Positions 51,288-56,176 of a stretch of 56,176 nucleotides of DNA are shown one piece after another. A model generated the notes under the pieces. It had not been told where the DNA came from and did no database searches. It worked only from the letters and a program-made list of their open reading frames with translations. The position numbers were made by a program, and so were the translations under genes. The stretch spans positions 1 through 56,176 of the forward strand of contig DAIEQH010000001.1 of the NCBI GenBank assembly GCA_027347985.1, in the 5' to 3' direction. The DNA is from Candidatus Nomurabacteria bacterium. Lineage in GTDB: Bacteria; Patescibacteriota; Minisyncoccia; Phycocordibacterales; UBA9973. The stretch's first letter is position 1; every line of letters begins with the position of its first letter.

Positions 51288-52228
51288 TTTAAGTATTTCG
51301 CTTTATTTAATTTATGCTCTGCGAAAGTTGTAGCATAGTGAATATTACCATCTTTGTCGTGTAGATAATAAAGATATTCTGAAAATCTCGGATGTATTGC
51401 TGCTTCTATGGCTTTCAACCCTGGATTACAAATAGGCTCTTTGGGCAACCCTTTCGTCTTATAAGTATCAAGATCTGTATCCACCTGTAAAGGCATACCT
51501 ATTTTAATCCTCTTCCATAAAATACCCGAAATAAAAGCGCGATCTATATCACCCTTTGATTCACCTTCAATTAAAGAAGCCATAATTATTATTTCTTTTT
51601 CCGTCTTGCCCGAAGAGAGAATTTGAGATTTCAAAGGCGTTATTTTTTTCTCAAAATTATCACTCATGGATTTGATGACATTTTCTTCGTTGTCTGTCGT
51701 TAGAAAAAAATAGGTATCGGGGAAAAGATATCCTTCCATATTTTTCACTTCTGACAAAAACTTATCTTGATTGAAATTTGGCAGTTTAGAAGCAACAGTT
51801 TTTGAAATGTCAGAGATATCAAATCCTTCAGGAATGGTTATTTTGACTGGAGCTAAATTTTTCTCGCCTTTAGAAATACGCCTAGCAATTTCAAAAACAG
51901 ACATTTTGTTTTCAAAAAAATAATCTCCTGCTGTTATATGTTTTTCACCTCCAAAAATAATCACAGAGGTTTCAAAAACAGCTCTAGAACGAATAATATT
52001 TTCTGTCTCTAAATCTTTAGAGATAGACCTCAGACTTGCTCCCTCTTTTATATTAACTATCACCCCTGCTGGAAAACTGGAAGGTGCACTAAAAACAAAA
52101 AAATAAACAAACAAAAAAAATATAATTATGCTGACAACATAAAAAATATTTTTTGAAGGCAATTTAGACATCGGATGTGGAAATCCGACTTGTCCAAGTT
52201 CATTGTTTGATGAAGGTAAGTTTTCCAT
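51284..52228 (-). CDS. mltG: Endolytic murein transglycosylase MltG (YceG-like)
   Basis: N-terminal TM segment, GYLFPDTYFF, and ASLIEGES (catalytic Glu region). Confidence 0.8.
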   Translation of the reverse strand: MENLPSSNNELGQVGFPHPMSKLPSKNIFYVVSIIIFFLFVYFFVFSAPSSFPAGVIVNIKEGASLRSISKDLETENIIRSRAVFETSVIIFGGEKHITAGDYFFENKMSVFEIARRISKGEKNLAPVKITIPEGFDISDISKTVASKLPNFNQDKFLSEVKNMEGYLFPDTYFFLTTDNEENVIKSMSDNFEKKITPLKSQILSSGKTEKEIIIMASLIEGESKGDIDRAFISGILWKRIKIGMPLQVDTDLDTYKTKGLPKEPICNPGLKAIEAAIHPRFSEYLYYLHDKDGNIHYATTFAEHKLNKAKYLK

Positions 52229-52234
52229 AGTAAG

Positions 52235-53530
52235 TTATACCGGCAAATTGGTAGGAGGAGAAGCTTCTTTGGATTCAATACGTTCCAAGGTAGGAACCTT
52301 TAATATTTGACCAGGGAAATGCCAAAGAGTAGCCAACTCTTCAGAGTTTAAAATACTTATATGATGATGAAAAAAGTTTGGAAAAATAAGAGGAGAAAGT
52401 GGCCAAGGCAAATGTATTTTATGTCTCATCGGTGGATGAAAAAATTCTCGCTCCCTATATTCTTCGAGCATTCTGTTTGCTAAGCGAGTAATTTTTTTAC
52501 TTGAGAGTGGAAAAAAGGAAGCTATAAAATTTGGACTAAAAGCATCTGCCTGAGTTGAATTTATACGCCAAAGTTCATTCACAAAAGGCATAGCATATTG
52601 TCGAAAAATTAGACGAATGTTTCTTCTATTACTCATATTAAATAATTCTCTTTTTGCAACATAACAAACTCTGATACCAGTCTCAAAACCAACTTTCAAC
52701 ATTTTTCTTCCAGCACCTTCCATCATAGGCCTTAAGAAATCAGGAGAACGAACTTCTTTTGAAAATGTCCCGTCTGGTCTTTCACGAAAACCTGTAAACT
52801 CTTCTAGAGCTTTTAAAATTACTTTTCTACCTTCTTCTATCCAATCATGATGTCCAAACCAAGTTCCTTTAGTGTGATACTTTCTTTGGCAAGGAGTGAC
52901 AACGATCTGCATCCACATCTGCTCTCCTTTTCCTATTGAACCAAAAAGTTCTATTACCGGAGAGATAGGATCAACTTTTTGTTCTTCTTTCGGATCTTTG
53001 TCTAAACCAAAATCAATATAAGTTTTTATTGGATATACATCGGCTCTTTTTAATCTAAATTCACAACCCCATAAATTGTATTCACTATCTCCTGTGATTT
53101 TATCAACAGCTAATGTATAATCTTCCACTTCTTTTACTTGAGCTTGTGGAAATTGTGCATACATCTGAGTTTCAAGTAAACCTTTTACACGAGAAGGTGC
53201 ACGTACATAAAAATGCACTTGCCCATCAATAGAAGCTATTTCTAACGAAAACCAAAACCACACGGCACCTTGCCAATATGTTTCTAATCCGCTTTTTTCA
53301 CTCCAGTGATATAGGGCATTAGTGATAAAAAGCTCCATTGCTTTTGGAGATCTCAAAACATCTCGCGGAGGGACTATTTCCAACAAAACCCATTCAATAC
53401 CCGAAATAAAATTTGCCTGTACATAGTGAAGCCAAAATTTGTAAGCAGTAATAGCAAGAATAATAAATCCTGCAATAGGCAAAATACTTAGAAATATTCT
53501 ATAAATCCAAAAGATGATTAAATCTATCAT
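52235..53530 (-). CDS. Membrane-anchored protein homologous to the N-terminal module of ATPase 1
   Basis: 431 aa with N-terminal TM helices. LLEIVPPRD, KAMELF, FSLEIASIDGQVHFYVRAPS, AQVKEVEDYT, YPIKTY and EELATLWHFPG parallel LFEITLPPPRE, GAMEQF, FTLEVALSNASDQVVVFAGVPN, AKVHEVSDDY, LPIKTY and ELSSVFHFPVG in 13534-16281. Confidence 0.6.
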   Translation of the reverse strand: MIDLIIFWIYRIFLSILPIAGFIILAITAYKFWLHYVQANFISGIEWVLLEIVPPRDVLRSPKAMELFITNALYHWSEKSGLETYWQGAVWFWFSLEIASIDGQVHFYVRAPSRVKGLLETQMYAQFPQAQVKEVEDYTLAVDKITGDSEYNLWGCEFRLKRADVYPIKTYIDFGLDKDPKEEQKVDPISPVIELFGSIGKGEQMWMQIVVTPCQRKYHTKGTWFGHHDWIEEGRKVILKALEEFTGFRERPDGTFSKEVRSPDFLRPMMEGAGRKMLKVGFETGIRVCYVAKRELFNMSNRRNIRLIFRQYAMPFVNELWRINSTQADAFSPNFIASFFPLSSKKITRLANRMLEEYREREFFHPPMRHKIHLPWPLSPLIFPNFFHHHISILNSEELATLWHFPGQILKVPTLERIESKEASPPTNLPV

Positions 53531-53570
53531 TCCTTATATTTTAGTATAAAAAAGAAAATAAAGAAAGAAA

Positions 53571-53591
53571 AATCCCCCTACAAGGGGGATT
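53571..53591 (-). terminator. Rho-independent terminator after the sigma-like gene
   Basis: aatccccc-tacaa-gggggatt. In minus sense it is followed by tttttctttcttt. Confidence 0.7.
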
Positions 53592-53622
53592 CAATTTCCG
53601 GAAACCTGGTTTACGGGAACTT

Positions 53623-54651
53623 TTACGCTAGAGTATAAAGGCCGTTTTTGTTTTTCTTGAAGAATTTAGGATTGACAAGATTAACTAAAATAGTATTTTT
53701 CTTGAAATATCTTTCTTTCATTACTTTTTCTACCACATCGTCTTTAGAAAGCGGACCTTCCCTTTTCAAGATATCTCGAATGACTTCTCGTGCGATACCC
53801 GTTTTATATCCCCATTCAGCAAGAGCATAAAGACCTCGGCCAACTAAAACAAAGCGAGTATCTTTGATGAGTTCGTTGTGACAAGTAGCATAGTGAGTTT
53901 TTCTACCGAAAGTTTTAGAGATAGCATCAGCAACTTCTTTAAAATGCATAGGAGAGCCATGACGCCTCATAACAAGAAAAGCATAATCTTTCACTCCACG
54001 AGTGCGAACGTTTGGAGAGCCAGATCTACCCCATTCGCCTAATGGATTTTTAGAAATAGTTTTAGAGATAGAAAGCCATCTTTTAGCAATTTCTTCATTT
54101 CTGTACTGATCTGAAACATCTTTCATTTGATCAAAAAACTTTTTAATCATTTCTGCTTCCAATATAAGATCTTGATCATTTAAACTTGCATAAAGCTTCT
54201 TTAGAGAGTCATGAACTTTTTCTGCCATTGCATCATCTACACTCCAACGAGTTTTAAAATGATCATCCTCTCTATGTTTTTTGAAAAAATCTCCTAGTTC
54301 CAAATAAAAATGTATGTGATTTTGAGTATTTTTATCTTTTGAAATATGTGCTAAAAGATCATGCTCTGCAACAATAGACCCTAAAGAATGTATCAACTCT
54401 TTAAGTTCTTCAAAAATAGCTTGCTCTTCTTTGTAAGCAGGAGATTTCTTGATCAAAGCGAGTGCTGCGTCTTCAATCTGACGGACACGCTCTCTCGTGA
54501 TATTGTATTTTTTACCTATTTCTTCAAGAGTCTTTCTTTCTGCATCAGCTGTCAAGCCAAAACGATTCATGATGACATCGCGAGTACGATCCTGAAGGTG
54601 TGAAGTTATTTTTTTAGTGACTTGTTTTGGTTTGAAAGTTATTGTTGCCAT
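53623..54651 (-). CDS. Sigma-70 region-4-like HTH protein with a C-terminal HARE-HTH-like domain
   Basis: LEEIGKKYNITRERVRQIEDAAL (region 4.2-type HTH). The C-terminal HFKEVADAIS..ELIKDTRFVLVGRGLYALAEWG resembles the HARE-HTH of the RNAP delta N-domain. Confidence 0.6.
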   Translation of the reverse strand: MATITFKPKQVTKKITSHLQDRTRDVIMNRFGLTADAERKTLEEIGKKYNITRERVRQIEDAALALIKKSPAYKEEQAIFEELKELIHSLGSIVAEHDLLAHISKDKNTQNHIHFYLELGDFFKKHREDDHFKTRWSVDDAMAEKVHDSLKKLYASLNDQDLILEAEMIKKFFDQMKDVSDQYRNEEIAKRWLSISKTISKNPLGEWGRSGSPNVRTRGVKDYAFLVMRRHGSPMHFKEVADAISKTFGRKTHYATCHNELIKDTRFVLVGRGLYALAEWGYKTGIAREVIRDILKREGPLSKDDVVEKVMKERYFKKNTILVNLVNPKFFKKNKNGLYTLA

Positions 54652-54765
54652 AATTTTTATAAATAATTTTTTATTAATTAAATTGCATGCCTATATAATA
54701 CACCTATGTTAACTTAATGTCAACTGTTTCGACACTCTGTATCAAAAATTTTAGAGACCCAGTGT

Positions 54766-56176
54766 CTATTTTTTTCTTAACGCTCTCGCACGATCAATTT
54801 CAGTTAAATATTTCTTACGAATTCGAACTGATTTTGGGGTTATTTCCAAGTATTCATCTCCATTCATAACCTCAAGACCCCGCTCAATACTCAATATAAA
54901 TGGTGGATTTAGGTATATGGCCTCGTCTGTACCTGAAGCTCTCATATTGGTAAGCTGTTTACCTTTTGTGGGATTTACAGACATATCATCGCCTTTTAAG
55001 ACGTTACCAATAACCATTCCTTCATATATTTCTGTCCCATGCCCAATATACATAATACCACGTTCTTGTAAATTTGCAAGGGAGAAAGCCACAGCCTTAC
55101 CAGAAACCATGGAAATCATAGATCCATATTCACGCTTTTTTATTTCACCTGCGTACTCTTTAAAACCGATAACCCTTGAAGACATTATTCCTTCCCCTTT
55201 CGTATCTATTATAAATTCTCCACGATAACCCAAAAGTCCACGAGTTGGTATATCAAAAATAATTCTAGCAATACCATGTTTCTCTACCATGTCTTTCATC
55301 AACCCTCTGCGTTTGTTTATTTTTTCTATAACCGTACCAGAAGATTCCATCGGCACATCTATCACTAACTCTTCATACGGTTCTGTCTTTACTCCATCAT
55401 GTTCTTTGATGATGACTTCTGGTTGAGAGACTTGCATTTCAAATCCTTCACGGCGCATGTTTTCCAAAAGTATCGCAATGTGTAATTCTCCTCTTCCATA
55501 AATTTTGAAAAATGATGGACCCATCTTGTCGCCCTGGTCCGGAGAAAAATCAACTTTAAGTCCAACATTTATTTCAAGTTCTTTTTCTAATCTTTCTTTA
55601 ATCTGTCGAGAAGTGACAAATTTGCCCTCGCGTCCGGCAAATGGAGAATCGTTTACTAAAAAATTAAGAGACAGAGTCGGCTCATCAATCGCAATATGTG
55701 GGAGTTGCTCTACGCTTTCATCTTCACAAATAGTCTCTCCAATATAAATGTCTGGAATTCCAGATAAAAGCACAATGTCACCAGAAGTCGCTTCCGCTAC
55801 TTCTTTTCTATTTATTCCTTCAAAGCCAAAGAGCTTGGTTATCTTCCCTATTCTAGTACTTCCCTGTTCTCCTTTTATAAAAACCTGACTTCCTCCAACC
55901 ATTTTGCCAGAATAAATTCGTGCGACAGCCATACGTCCTAAAAAGTTGTCATAACCCAAGTTGAAAACTTGAGCAGACATTTTTTTATCTGCATTTAAAG
56001 AAGCAGGTTGTACATGTTCTAATATTACATCCAAAAGTGGAGAAAGACCCCCTCCTTTTTCCTCCCCCTTAGCAAGGGGGAGGTTGGGTAGGGGTAATGT
56101 TTTAAAGGCTACCCCTTCACGTCCAATAGCATAGACAGTTTCAAAATTTGCCTGTTCGTCATGTGCACCTAATTCA
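54766..56176 (-). CDS. typA: Translational GTPase TypA/BipA (N-terminus runs off the window)
   Basis: The track ORF begins at an internal TTG. Own translation continues upstream to the window edge: [59 protein letters not shown]. Domains II-V and the C-terminal domain are typical of BipA. Confidence 0.88.
   Translation of the reverse strand, partial: ELGAHDEQANFETVYAIGREGVAFKTLPLPNLPLAKGEEKGGGLSPLLDVILEHVQPASLNADKKMSAQVFNLGYDNFLGRMAVARIYSGKMVGGSQVFIKGEQGSTRIGKITKLFGFEGINRKEVAEATSGDIVLLSGIPDIYIGETICEDESVEQLPHIAIDEPTLSLNFLVNDSPFAGREGKFVTSRQIKERLEKELEINVGLKVDFSPDQGDKMGPSFFKIYGRGELHIAILLENMRREGFEMQVSQPEVIIKEHDGVKTEPYEELVIDVPMESSGTVIEKINKRRGLMKDMVEKHGIARIIFDIPTRGLLGYRGEFIIDTKGEGIMSSRVIGFKEYAGEIKKREYGSMISMVSGKAVAFSLANLQERGIMYIGHGTEIYEGMVIGNVLKGDDMSVNPTKGKQLTNMRASGTDEAIYLNPPFILSIERGLEVMNGDEYLEITPKSVRIRKKYLTEIDRARALRKK
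56061..56096. repeat. GC-rich palindromic mini-element, in frame inside typA
   Basis: cctccccctt-agc-aagggggagg followed by ttgggtaggggt. It is the reverse orientation of the 21506-21546 copy and encodes ..[13 protein letters not shown].. Confidence 0.65.

Noticed and set aside
1-56176. Alternative genetic code (UGA recoding, as in some candidate phyla).
   Set aside because: All conserved proteins (FtsH, DnaK, RecG, RpoA, AlaRS, ribosomal proteins) translate full length with the standard table, with no in-frame stops. Their ends fall where expected.

Overview
This is an AT-rich bacterial chromosome segment that reads cleanly in the standard genetic code. Its gene content and shortened housekeeping proteins suggest a reduced-genome Patescibacteria/CPR-like organism; that placement is inference. 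About 90% of the genes lie on the minus strand.

Recognisable core genes:
- recG, ftsH, ssrA (tmRNA) directly after smpB, a phosphohexomutase, and infC-rpmI-rplT.
- A LOG-like protein, a beta-CASP RNase, ndk and map.
- dnaJ, dnaK and grpE.
- The ribosomal/rpoA block infA-rpmJ-rpsM-rpsK-rpsD-rpoA-rplQ-rplM-rpsI.
- A short alaS, an MgtC-family gene, mnmA, a DEDD exonuclease, mltG, a sigma-region-4/HARE-HTH protein and typA (partial).
- Three tRNAs, two of which have unusual anticodons as read by eye: Ser-ACU and Ile-UAU.

The stand-out region is 13.5-38.5 kb. The grpE...dnaK...dnaJ order is kept there, but two large same-strand blocks pull it apart. These blocks hold six paralogous cysteine-rich proteins of about 560-590 aa. 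Each has zinc-ribbon caps and an internally duplicated Cys-repeat core. The region also holds three soluble TraD/VirD4-like coupling-protein-type ATPases: two inside the dnaK-dnaJ block and a third just downstream, between map and ndk. One of the ATPases carries the same CxxC-x17-CxxC ribbon as the Cys-rich family. The blocks additionally contain an ABC exporter and a compact three-gene cassette of unknown function (DUF3467-like, a 210-aa protein and a 3-TM protein). A separate membrane-anchored ORF at 52.2-53.5 kb is homologous to the N-terminal module of the largest ATPase, which suggests a split/fused membrane-anchor plus ATPase machine.

The window also contains several small mobile or repeat families:
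- Two IS200/RAYT-like single-gene elements, each bracketed by its own hairpins.
- A roughly 110-nt MITE-like intergenic element.
- Inverted arrays of TAGGCNN heptamers.
- A GC-rich palindromic mini-element that sits in frame inside two genes.
- In-frame 24-nt tandem repeats inside mnmA.

No CRISPR array, rRNA or prophage was seen.
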